DNA of 42,266 nucleotides from Pedobacter sp. (GCF_035566355.1 NZ_DATMRL010000661.1:1-42266), one strand, 5' to 3'; shown: positions 17,380 through 26,304, numbered from the stretch's first letter. Translations and numbers: made by a program. Notes: generated by a model not told the origin, from the sequence alone.

Positions 17380-18432
17380 ATGAAGAAAATAGGCATCCTG
17401 TTCGGTAAAGAAAGATCTTTTCCGGAAGCTTTCGTAAAACGAGTTAACCAAATTGCCGGCAAAGATATCCGTGCAGAATTTGTAAGTATCGATAAAATAT
17501 TCCAGGCTGAACCCCTGGATTACGCCGTCATTATCGACCGTATATCCCAGGATGTTCCATTTTACAGGGCCGCCTTAAAAAACGCAGCCATTACCGGAAC
17601 TGCCGTCATCAACAATCCGTTTTGGTGGAGTGCAGACGAGAAATTCTTCAACAATGCCCTGGCCGTAAAACTCGGCATCCCAGTACCCAAAACAGCCTTG
17701 ATCCCTTCAAAGGAACATCCCGATGATACTTCAGAACAGTCCTTCAGTAATCTGGCATATCCCATGGACTGGAATACCATATTTGATTACACTGGTTTTC
17801 CAGCCTATATGAAACCTTTTGACGGTGGCGGATGGAAAGAGGTTTATAAGCTTCACGACAAAGAAGACTTTTTTGACAAACACAGCCAAACTAAACAAAC
17901 GGTAATGATGCTCCAGGAAGAGATCATTTTTGATGAATATTACCGGTGCTACTGTATTGGAGGGAAGTATGTACGCATCATGCAGTACGAGCCGAGAAAC
18001 CCTTTTCATTTGCGCTACTCCGTAAACACCCCTCCTTCCAGCGAAAAATTGCTAAAAACCATACACGATTATGTGATTAAATTGAACCAATACCTGGGAT
18101 ACGACTTCAATACCGTAGAATTTGCGGTGAGAGACGGTATCCCTTATGCTATAGATTTCTGTAATCCGGCCCCGGATGCCGAAGTGACCAGTGTCGGACA
18201 GGAGAATTTTGACTGGGTCGTAGAACATGCTGCAAAATATGCCATTGAAAGAGCCCAAGCACACAAAACAGATCAGGATAACCTGACATGGGGCGAATAC
18301 ATTAAGACTTCAGCAGCAGGAAAACCACTGGTTGCCCCCAAAAAAACTGCAACTCCGGCAGGCAAACCCCTTGTCCAGGAAAAAGCAAAACCAGCTCCAG
18401 CAAAGAAAGCTCCGGTTAAAAAAACAAAATAA
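17380..18432 (+). CDS. RimK-like ATP-grasp ligase with Lys/Ala/Pro-rich tail
   Basis: VINNP, DEKFF, GIPVPKT, PAYMKPFDGGGW and LQEEI; ATG 17380 follows an AT-rich leader (ORF-track start 17290 overlaps the upstream gene). Confidence 0.85.
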   Translation: MKKIGILFGKERSFPEAFVKRVNQIAGKDIRAEFVSIDKIFQAEPLDYAVIIDRISQDVPFYRAALKNAAITGTAVINNPFWWSADEKFFNNALAVKLGIPVPKTALIPSKEHPDDTSEQSFSNLAYPMDWNTIFDYTGFPAYMKPFDGGGWKEVYKLHDKEDFFDKHSQTKQTVMMLQEEIIFDEYYRCYCIGGKYVRIMQYEPRNPFHLRYSVNTPPSSEKLLKTIHDYVIKLNQYLGYDFNTVEFAVRDGIPYAIDFCNPAPDAEVTSVGQENFDWVVEHAAKYAIERAQAHKTDQDNLTWGEYIKTSAAGKPLVAPKKTATPAGKPLVQEKAKPAPAKKAPVKKTK

Positions 18433-18479
18433 GCCAATAAAGGCAAACCAGATAAACACCTATAGAAATACCAAATATA

Positions 18480-19583
18480 ATGATGAATGATTTCACACTG
18501 GGAATAGAAGAAGAGTACATGGTCATTGATCCTGTTACCCGCGAGCTGACTTCTCATGACCAAAAAATTGTAGAAGCAGCTCAAAAAATACATAAAGATC
18601 AGGTTAAGGCTGAAATGCACCAGGCTGTAGTAGAAGTTGGGACCGGAATTTGCAGGAACACCAGCCAGGCCAGGGAGGAAATCACCCAGTTGAGACATAC
18701 CGTTTCCCAGCTGGCCGGAGAACAGGGTCTGCGGATCGGAGCCTCGGGAACACATCCCTTTTCCCACTGGGAGAAACAGCTGATTACTGAACACCCACGT
18801 TACAGCGAAATTGTAAATGAACTGCAGGAAGCTGCCCGTTCTAACCTGATCTTTGGCCTGCACGTACATGTAGGTTTTCAATCCCGGGAGCTGGCCATAC
18901 ATATTGCCAATCAGGTACGATATTTTCTACCGCATGTCTTTGCCTTGTCTGCCAATTCTCCATTCTGGGAAGGCAGAAACACAGGATATAAGTCTTTCAG
19001 AACCAAAGTTTTTGATAAATTTCCCCGTACAGGAATCCCCGATATTTTCAACAGCATTGAAGATTATGACAATTATGTAAAACTGCTCATCAAAACCAAC
19101 AGCATAGACAACGCCAAGAAAATCTGGTGGGACATCCGGGTTCACCCTTTCTTCGAAACCATTGAGTTCAGGATTTGTGACTGCCCGATGCTGGTCGATG
19201 AAACCATGGCTTTTACAGCCCTGTTCCAGGCACTTTGTGCCAAACTCTACAAACTCAGACTGCAAAACATGAAATTTATCAGTTACTCCAGAGCTCTTAT
19301 CAATGAGAACAAATGGCGGGCTGCCCGTTATGGTATAGACGGCAACCTGATCGACTTTGGAAAAGAAATGGAGGTGAACTGTCGCAACCTGGTCTTGGAA
19401 CTTCTGGACTTTGTAGACGATGTAGTGGACGAACTGGGCTGCAGGGAAGACTTGAACTATGTCCATAAGATCTTACAGAATGGAACCGGCGCAGACCGGC
19501 AACTGGCGGTATACGAACAAACTGGCAGTTTTGAATCGGTAGTAGACTATATCACCACCCAAACCCTCCTGGGAACAAAATAA
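18480..19583 (+). CDS. YbdK/GCS2 family carboxylate-amine (glutamate-cysteine ligase-like) ligase
   Basis: TLGIEEEY, GTHPF, FGLHVHVG, ALSANSPFW.G, WWDIR, TIEFRICD and ENKWRAARYG. Confidence 0.93.
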   Translation: MMNDFTLGIEEEYMVIDPVTRELTSHDQKIVEAAQKIHKDQVKAEMHQAVVEVGTGICRNTSQAREEITQLRHTVSQLAGEQGLRIGASGTHPFSHWEKQLITEHPRYSEIVNELQEAARSNLIFGLHVHVGFQSRELAIHIANQVRYFLPHVFALSANSPFWEGRNTGYKSFRTKVFDKFPRTGIPDIFNSIEDYDNYVKLLIKTNSIDNAKKIWWDIRVHPFFETIEFRICDCPMLVDETMAFTALFQALCAKLYKLRLQNMKFISYSRALINENKWRAARYGIDGNLIDFGKEMEVNCRNLVLELLDFVDDVVDELGCREDLNYVHKILQNGTGADRQLAVYEQTGSFESVVDYITTQTLLGTK

Positions 19584-19584
19584 C

Positions 19585-20430
19585 ATGAGCAGCAAAAGAG
19601 CGATCAAAGTGGCCGTTATCGATATGAATAACGGCGCTCCGAATCAGGGCATGAGGGGAATTAAAGAGATCCTGCATCAATATAAAATGCAAACTGGCAC
19701 ACCTCTTTCTTTCGAAGTCTTTGACCTGAGACAAAAAGAGGAAATCCCAGGTATAGACTATGATATTTATATCTCCTCCGGTGGCCCCGGAAGTCCATAT
19801 GAAGGAGAAGGTCTGGCATGGGAGACACATTTCTTCCATCTGCTGGACCAGGTAGAGGAGTTCAACAAGGAAAACGAACGAAAAAAATCCTTCTTTTTTA
19901 TCTGCCATTCTTTCCAGTTGGCTTGCAGAAAGTACGGTCTGGGCAAGGTCACCCGACGCAAGTCAAACGCCTTCGGCATCTTCCCCATTACCCTCACCAG
20001 CGAAGGTGAAAAGGACCTGATCTACCAGGGCCTGCCGAATCCTTTCTATTCAGTAGACAGCCGCGACTGGCAGGTGATCTCCCCGGATGAAGACAAATTC
20101 AGCAACACCGGAGCAGAAATACTCGCCATTGAAAAAGAAAGACCACATGTAGACCTGGAACGCTGCATTATGTCCATCCGTTTTTCCAGAGAATTTGTGG
20201 GCACGCAATTCCATCCGGAAGCCGACCCGGTTGGCATGAAAATGTACTTACTGCAGGATGAAAAAAAAGCCGCAATTACAGAGAACCATGGAGAAGAAAA
20301 ATACCTGGATATGCTCAACAGCCTGGACGATCCGGAACGTATTAGCCTTACCCAGCGGATTATTTTGCCCAATTTTTTAAACGAAGCCATTCAACTATTA
20401 CAGGAGAAGGAACATGATCAGCAAGTATAG
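19585..20430 (+). CDS. Class I glutamine amidotransferase-like protein
   Basis: SGGPGSP oxyanion motif, ICHSFQ nucleophile Cys and QFHPE His-Glu. Confidence 0.88.
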   Translation: MSSKRAIKVAVIDMNNGAPNQGMRGIKEILHQYKMQTGTPLSFEVFDLRQKEEIPGIDYDIYISSGGPGSPYEGEGLAWETHFFHLLDQVEEFNKENERKKSFFFICHSFQLACRKYGLGKVTRRKSNAFGIFPITLTSEGEKDLIYQGLPNPFYSVDSRDWQVISPDEDKFSNTGAEILAIEKERPHVDLERCIMSIRFSREFVGTQFHPEADPVGMKMYLLQDEKKAAITENHGEEKYLDMLNSLDDPERISLTQRIILPNFLNEAIQLLQEKEHDQQV

Positions 20431-21607
20431 AAAACAATTCAACAGCAATTTTACGCATCAGAAATATAGCTTGTTCCTCCAAAACCTAACAAAGGATCTT
20501 CTTCCAATTTCCTTCAGGGTTGCAGAAACACCTATATTTATCCCCCCCGAACTGAAGGAGAAACTTATTTCCGCCGGCGAAGAGATCATTAACCTGATCC
20601 GTCAGCCGGATTTTAAGGAGCTGACCAGCAAATCCATTCCGGATCAATGGAAAGTCCCGGGAGAAGAAAAACATCCACATTTTTTAACTTTTGATTTTGG
20701 GATATGTAAAGATCAAAATGGGGAACTGATCCCCAAACTGATAGAGATGCAGGGGTTTCCATCACTCTATGGTTTTCAGGCACACCTGGCCGAACGATAC
20801 ATCGACAGCTATGAACTGGATGAAATGGCTTCGTTCAGCCCGTTCTTCAACCAGCTGAACAAGGAGCAATACGTCAATCTGCTAAAAGAAGTCCTGATCG
20901 GAGCACATGAGCCACACGAAGTTGCCCTCATGGACATTGATGCGCCTGATCAAAAAACCGCGATCGACTTTTACCTCACCCAGAAATATACCGGACTGAA
21001 AATACTCAGCCTCACCGATATTTTCAGAGAAGGCAATCAGTTATTCTATGAAGAAAACGGAAAGAAAATCCGTTTAAAACGCATTTATAACCGCTTAATC
21101 TTTGATGAGATAGAAAACAAAACGCATTTGTTTGAGCAGAGTTTTGACCCCAGGACAACCCTGGATATTGAATGGATCACCCACCCCAATTGGTTTTACA
21201 GGATCAGCAAGTATACCATGCCTTTCCTGAAAAGTGATTTTGTACCCGAAACCCGGTTCCTGAACCAAATCGATCCCCTTCCGTCAGACCTGGAGAACTA
21301 TGTGCTGAAACCGCTGTTTTCTTTTGCCGGCCTGGGTGTAATCATTGATGTAAAACTTCAGGACATTAAAAATGTAAAAGATCCGCATAACTGGATCCTG
21401 CAACGAAAAGTGCAGTACGAACCTGTAGTGCAGGCCCTGGATGGCGGGGTAAAAGCAGAAATCCGCCTTATGTATCTGTGGCCTGAAAACGGCGAACCAC
21501 AGCTTTGCATTAATCTGGCAAGGCTGAGCCGGGGAAAAATGATCGGCGTACGTTATAATAAAGATTTTGACTGGGTGGGTGGAACTGTTGGATTAATGGA
21601 GAAGTAA
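20414..21607 (+). CDS. Circularly permuted ATP-grasp-like ligase (glutathionylspermidine synthetase-like)
   Basis: FDF...PKLIEMQG precedes IYNR, RISK, YVLKPLFSFAGLGV and WILQRKV, the motif order expected for a circular permutation. Confidence 0.65.
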   Translation: MISKYRKQFNSNFTHQKYSLFLQNLTKDLLPISFRVAETPIFIPPELKEKLISAGEEIINLIRQPDFKELTSKSIPDQWKVPGEEKHPHFLTFDFGICKDQNGELIPKLIEMQGFPSLYGFQAHLAERYIDSYELDEMASFSPFFNQLNKEQYVNLLKEVLIGAHEPHEVALMDIDAPDQKTAIDFYLTQKYTGLKILSLTDIFREGNQLFYEENGKKIRLKRIYNRLIFDEIENKTHLFEQSFDPRTTLDIEWITHPNWFYRISKYTMPFLKSDFVPETRFLNQIDPLPSDLENYVLKPLFSFAGLGVIIDVKLQDIKNVKDPHNWILQRKVQYEPVVQALDGGVKAEIRLMYLWPENGEPQLCINLARLSRGKMIGVRYNKDFDWVGGTVGLMEK

Positions 21608-21657
21608 ATTTACATTTGAAAGACGGCATCGCTTCAATTCTTTTTTATTTTTGTGTT

Positions 21658-21816
21658 ATGGATATTCAGACCATATTAGTGATCATTCTTTTTGCAGGCG
21701 CACTGTTCTACGTTGGCCGCATGGTGTACAAATCTATCAGTCCCAAAAAAGGTGGCTGCGGATCCAACTGCAAGTGTGGTGTAGATTTTTCCAATATCGG
21801 ACCAGAAAAAAAATAG
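21658..21816 (+). CDS. FeoB-associated Cys-rich small membrane protein family
   Basis: One TM helix followed by KKGGCGSNCKCG; TATTTTTG box at 21646-21653 just upstream. Confidence 0.7.
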   Translation: MDIQTILVIILFAGALFYVGRMVYKSISPKKGGCGSNCKCGVDFSNIGPEKK

Positions 21817-21834
21817 ACTTTATCTATATCCCCT

Positions 21835-22422
21835 ATGCTTGAACCTTTCAAGGAATATCTGCAAAAGAAAGTAGCGATAACTGATGAACAATTTGATCTT
21901 ATTTCACATAAACTGAAGGTAAAAACTTTCAGTAAAAATGAAATGATCCTGATGAAAGGTGATTTTTCGACACAAGGCTTTTTCGTGCTTAGCGGATTGC
22001 TGCGCAGTTACTCCATCGATGCCAAAGGAAAAACCCACATCATCCAGTTTGCACCTGAACAATGGTGGCTTTCTGAACGCAACGGCCATTTCAATGAACC
22101 ATCTGATTTCTTTATAGATGCCATTGAGTCCACTCAGGCCATCCTGATGCCAAAAGACTTCATCAATGAGGCGGCAGAAATTGTGCCCTGTATGAATCCG
22201 CTCAACAGTACTATGCTGAATAATGCCATTCGTTTTATGCAGAAACGCATCAATATGCTCTTAAGCGCCACGGCAGAAGAGCGGTACCTTGACTTTATAA
22301 AGCTCTATCCCAATCTCACTTTAAGGGTTCCCCAATGGATGATTGCCTCTTATTTGGGCATCACACCTGAATCGTTAAGCCGGGTACGTAAAGACCTTGC
22401 ACACAAACATTTCCACCCATAA
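21835..22422 (+). CDS. Crp/Fnr family transcriptional regulator
   Basis: cNMP-binding-like N-terminus (FVLSGLLRSY) and HTH IASYLGITPESLSRVRK. Confidence 0.92.
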   Translation: MLEPFKEYLQKKVAITDEQFDLISHKLKVKTFSKNEMILMKGDFSTQGFFVLSGLLRSYSIDAKGKTHIIQFAPEQWWLSERNGHFNEPSDFFIDAIESTQAILMPKDFINEAAEIVPCMNPLNSTMLNNAIRFMQKRINMLLSATAEERYLDFIKLYPNLTLRVPQWMIASYLGITPESLSRVRKDLAHKHFHP

Positions 22423-22429
22423 GCATTTC

Positions 22430-22473
22430 TTATCCTAGATCAATGCGGAGCTGATGACTTGGCTGTAATTTTG
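22430..22473 (+). promoter_or_regulatory. Candidate Crp/Fnr site (TTATCCTAGATCAA) plus -7 box (TAATTTTG) for yceI-pirin
   Basis: 14-bp imperfect palindrome with an ATCAA half-site at 22430-22443; exact TAnnTTTG at 22466-22473. Confidence 0.5.
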
Positions 22474-22509
22474 TGCTGTATTATTAATCAATCTAATAAT
22501 TAAAATATT

Positions 22510-23040
22510 ATGGCAACAACTAAATGGTCTTTAGACCCAACCCACAGCGAACTGGAATTCAAGGTAAAACATTTAATGATCACTACGGTGACCGGAAAAT
22601 TAAACGAATTCACTTCCGAACTCGTTTCTGAAGGTGACGATTTCAATCATGCAAAAGTTTCTTTCGAAGCGAAACTTTCCTCGGTAGACACCGGTAACAC
22701 AGATCGAGACAACCATTTGAAAAGTCCTGACTTCTTTGATGCAGACCAGTTCCCTTTACTAACGTTCGACTCTGGTGTATTGTCTGAAGACGGAGATGAC
22801 TATGCATTAAAAGGAAATCTAACGATTAAAGGCATTACCAAACCCGTTCAACTGACCGTTGAATTTGGTGGTATTGCAACAGATCCCTGGGGAAATACCA
22901 AAGCCGGTTTTACACTGAGCGGCAAGATAAAAAGAACCGACTTTGGACTAAACTGGAATGCAGCTCTGGAAACAGGTGGTGTAATGGTGAGTGAAGAAGT
23001 CCGCATACTGGGTGAATTGCAATTTGTAAAACAAGCCTAA
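22510..23040 (+). CDS. YceI family (polyisoprenoid-binding) protein
   Basis: WSLDPTHS..F.VKHLMI, RDNHLKSPDFFD, GNLTIKG and DPWG. Confidence 0.93.
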   Translation: MATTKWSLDPTHSELEFKVKHLMITTVTGKLNEFTSELVSEGDDFNHAKVSFEAKLSSVDTGNTDRDNHLKSPDFFDADQFPLLTFDSGVLSEDGDDYALKGNLTIKGITKPVQLTVEFGGIATDPWGNTKAGFTLSGKIKRTDFGLNWNAALETGGVMVSEEVRILGELQFVKQA

Positions 23041-23073
23041 TTGCAACATCCTTTTTCAACAGAAAGGAAACAA

Positions 23074-23949
23074 ATGAAAACAACAATAAAGTCGGTTGCT
23101 GCCGTTTTAAATGCGCCGGCACCTCATATGGTGGGCGACGGTTTCAGGGTCCACAATTTTTTCCCTGGAGGCTATAAAATAAATATGAGCCCGTTCTACC
23201 TGCTCGATTACAATGCGAAAATTGATTTTTCAGCACGAAATGAACCAAGAGGGGTCGGAGTGCATCCCCACAGAGGGTTTGAAACGGTGACCATCGCTTA
23301 TCATGGTGCCGTAGCGCATCATGACAGCGCCGGAAACAGCGGTGTTATTTACCCGGGAGATGTGCAATGGATGACCGCTGCAAGCGGAATTCTGCATAAA
23401 GAATACCATGAAGAAACCTATAGCAAAAGCGGAGGTCCTTTTCAAATGGTCCAGCTCTGGGTAAACCTGCCGTCGCAATACAAAATGACCAGGCCCAAAT
23501 ATCAGGCCCTGAAACATGATGAAATCAACCGGGTCAATCTACCAGACCATAGCGGACAAATTGAAGTCATTGCAGGCAACTATCAAGGTATAAAAGGTTC
23601 CGCCAGTACCTTTACTCCAGTTCACGTATATAATGCCAGGCTGAATACTGGAGCAAAAGCCTCCTTTGACTTTCCTGCAGCGTACAACACAGGTTTTGTG
23701 GTTATTGAAGGAAAGATCAGGATCAATCAAACAGAGACTGCCCTGGCCAATCAGTTCATTCACTTCGGCCCTGAGGGCGAGGAAATTGAAATAGAAGCTT
23801 TAGAACCTAGCGTAGTGCTGATTCTAAGCGGGGAACCTATTGATGAACCTGTTACTGCCTATGGTCCGTTCTTAATGAATACGCCCGAAGAAATACAACA
23901 GGCGATCAGCGATTACAACCAGGGGAAATTTGGTTTCCTGGAAGACTAG
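23074..23949 (+). CDS. Pirin family protein
   Basis: HPHRGFETVT, HHDS.G, VQWMTA.SGI.H.E, QLWVNLP and YGPFLMN; ATG at 23074. Confidence 0.93.
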   Translation: MKTTIKSVAAVLNAPAPHMVGDGFRVHNFFPGGYKINMSPFYLLDYNAKIDFSARNEPRGVGVHPHRGFETVTIAYHGAVAHHDSAGNSGVIYPGDVQWMTAASGILHKEYHEETYSKSGGPFQMVQLWVNLPSQYKMTRPKYQALKHDEINRVNLPDHSGQIEVIAGNYQGIKGSASTFTPVHVYNARLNTGAKASFDFPAAYNTGFVVIEGKIRINQTETALANQFIHFGPEGEEIEIEALEPSVVLILSGEPIDEPVTAYGPFLMNTPEEIQQAISDYNQGKFGFLED

Positions 23950-23967
23950 TTTTCCAGGAAAATTGAT

Positions 23968-24006
23968 AAAAAAGGCTTTAACCAGATAGTGGTTAAAGCC
24001 TTTTTT
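23968..24006. terminator. Bidirectional intrinsic terminator
   Basis: Perfect inverted repeat AAAAAAGGCTTTAACCA-GATAG-TGGTTAAAGCCTTTTTT between convergent genes. Confidence 0.9.
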
Positions 24007-24253
24007 ATGGCTTTTTGCTTTTTGCCGTACTATCTGTTTTTACCGTATCTTTCATAATGGTCCCTCTTCCGGTATTCACTGCTGGTGCTTCATTAATACC
24101 CGTACCAGTTGATCCCGCATTTGGATCAGAATGTTTTGAAGTATCTACCTTTAAAGTATCTGTTCTGTTCTCACTTCCCTTATCGCCAATACAGCCAACG
24201 GCGAGCAGCACCGGCAAAGCAACTAAAAAGCTATATTTCTTTAAATTTCTCAT
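24005..24253 (-). CDS. Small low-complexity lipoprotein
   Basis: MRNLKK, hydrophobic stretch, lipobox LAVG-C and a Thr/Asp/Lys-rich mature part. Confidence 0.75.
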   Translation of the reverse strand: MRNLKKYSFLVALPVLLAVGCIGDKGSENRTDTLKVDTSKHSDPNAGSTGTGINEAPAVNTGRGTIMKDTVKTDSTAKSKKP

Positions 24254-24309
24254 AACAAAAGGATTTCAACTAAAAACCCTTACCTCTTGCAATTGTTTGC
24301 TGGGAGCGC

Positions 24310-24789
24310 TTAATTTTTCTCGATCAGACAAACCGCATAAGCCACAACCCCCTCTTCCCTACCAATAAAACCCATTTGCTCATTTGTAGTGGCCTTAATA
24401 GAAATATCTTCTTCAGAAAGGCCAATGGCCTCCGCAATATTTTTCTGCATTGCAGGAATATGCGGGTTGATCTTAGGCGCTTCCAGGCAAAGCATCGCAT
24501 CTATGTTTCCAATAGACCAGCCCTTTTCCTGCAACATTCTGGCGGTTTCCTGCAACAGGATCACACTGCTGATTCCCTTCCATCTTGGATCTGTATTCTT
24601 AAAATGAAAGCCGATATCTCTTAAATTTGCAGCCCCTAGCAAGGCATCACAAATAGCATGTAACAATACATCTGCATCAGAATGGCCAAAAGCACCTTTA
24701 TGGTGTTCCAAATGAACACCCCCTACTACAAATGGATGCTGATCCTTTAACTGGTGCACATCAAATCCAAATCCTACTTTAATCTTCAT
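24310..24789 (-). CDS. ispF: 2-C-methyl-D-erythritol 2,4-cyclodiphosphate synthase
   Basis: GFGFDVH, GHSDADVLLHAICDALLGA and KATTNE.MGF.GR.EG. Confidence 0.98.
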   Translation of the reverse strand: MKIKVGFGFDVHQLKDQHPFVVGGVHLEHHKGAFGHSDADVLLHAICDALLGAANLRDIGFHFKNTDPRWKGISSVILLQETARMLQEKGWSIGNIDAMLCLEAPKINPHIPAMQKNIAEAIGLSEEDISIKATTNEQMGFIGREEGVVAYAVCLIEKN

Positions 24790-24805
24790 ATGTATTCTCT
24801 ATAAA

Positions 24806-25987
24806 TTATTTGCTGCCGCCTCCAAAATTGAACAGCAGGGTGAACCGGAGTGTATTCGCCATCGGACTTTTTTGAGGAGAAGCCACCAGATAAGCGAAAT
24901 CTATATTTAAAACATCATATTTAAAACCAGTCCCAAGGGTAAGGTAACGACGGTTTCCCTTATCCGGACTTTCATAAAAATATCCCCCGCGCAATGCGAA
25001 TTTACCTGCATACAAGTATTCAAGACCCGCGGCTATATTAATTTCTTTAAGTTCTTCACTAAACCCACCAGGTGCATCCCCAAAAGAACCAAAAATCCCG
25101 GCAGGAACCGAAACATTTGGATCCCTTCCCTTAATGATATGGCCATTTCCATCATACTGCGGCTGCGTAGGGACCAACAGCTTGTTAAAATCAATAGCCA
25201 GGGTAAACTGGTTCATATCATCCAGCAAAAAGGTAGACGCCCCCCCAATTCTAAGATTGGTTGGCAAAAAATAGGCATTACCCGCATCTGTATAGCTCAT
25301 CTTTGTCCCAATATTAGAGATATTGGCACCGGCAGCCAGGATGGCATCAGCGCCAAGGAAATAGGTTTGCTTTTTAAAATAAGCAGAAACATCCACAGCA
25401 ACCGACTGTCCTGCCTTTACCTGCTGCCCGGCGCTAAACTGTCCGGTAGACAAAGCTGAACGGATATACCTTAAAGAAGTTCCTAAAGAAAAGGAGTCGC
25501 CAAAACGTCTTGAAAAGGTACCGTCTATGGCAAATTCATTGGGACTGTAGGTCCCCAGATCCTGCTTATTGGCATCTGTAAGCTGTATTTTCCCATAGGA
25601 GAAATACCGCAAAGAGCCCCCTACTATATTCCGGTCGTCAATTTTATAAAAACCACTTAAATAACCCAGGTTAATATCCGAAACCAGGTTTCTCAACCAT
25701 GGGCTATAAGACAGGGACAAGCCATAACGTTGATCCAGAAAAGCAAGCTTAGATGGGTTATTGCTCATCGCATTCGCGTCCGGAAGTACCGCAACCCCTG
25801 CCTCTCCCATACCTCCAGCTCTCGCATCGGGGGAAATCAGCAGGAACGGGACTGCAGTTATGATATTACTTCCCCCACTTCCATTGCTCTGTGCACCTGA
25901 CGGAAGTCCCTGAGCCTTCAAATCGCCGGAAAGAATAAGCAATCCCAACAAGCCAATACCTGCGATCAGAAAACACTTAAAACCCAT
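24806..25987 (-). CDS. porV: Type IX secretion outer-membrane shuttle PorV
   Basis: ITAVPFLLISPDARAGGMGE, SYSPWL, LPTNLRIG, KGNRRY and NTLRFTL; position next to gldJ and ispF. Confidence 0.88.
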   Translation of the reverse strand: MGFKCFLIAGIGLLGLLILSGDLKAQGLPSGAQSNGSGGSNIITAVPFLLISPDARAGGMGEAGVAVLPDANAMSNNPSKLAFLDQRYGLSLSYSPWLRNLVSDINLGYLSGFYKIDDRNIVGGSLRYFSYGKIQLTDANKQDLGTYSPNEFAIDGTFSRRFGDSFSLGTSLRYIRSALSTGQFSAGQQVKAGQSVAVDVSAYFKKQTYFLGADAILAAGANISNIGTKMSYTDAGNAYFLPTNLRIGGASTFLLDDMNQFTLAIDFNKLLVPTQPQYDGNGHIIKGRDPNVSVPAGIFGSFGDAPGGFSEELKEINIAAGLEYLYAGKFALRGGYFYESPDKGNRRYLTLGTGFKYDVLNIDFAYLVASPQKSPMANTLRFTLLFNFGGGSK

Positions 25988-26304
25988 ATGTTATAATTCT
26001 GTTACGCAAGTTAGCACTGCGTTTCCGATTTTCAAATTATTATTCAGGTTTAAGACTGTTTTAATTCATCTCCGCCCGGATCTGTGGTTTTATAAGCTTA
26101 AACAGCCTTTATAATAAATATTTTGGCGCATAAACCTTTTTTTATGTAATTTTATCAAGTGGGTGCGATTTACCAGCACCTGCAAGAAAAAAACACTCGG
26201 TTCCGATGAACCCAAGAGGATTAAAAGAATGATTCCGTGCACAGGGCAATAGTTATTTTAATCATCAAAGGCTTCATCTGACAAAAAACAAAATAAAACA
26301 ATAG

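Noticed and set aside
18273-19466. Long antisense ORFs (209 and 179 aa) opposite the YbdK-like gene
   Set aside because: These are shadow ORFs of a well-conserved gene with no recognisable motifs. The same applies to the other antisense ORFs over typA, nuo, porV and gldJ.
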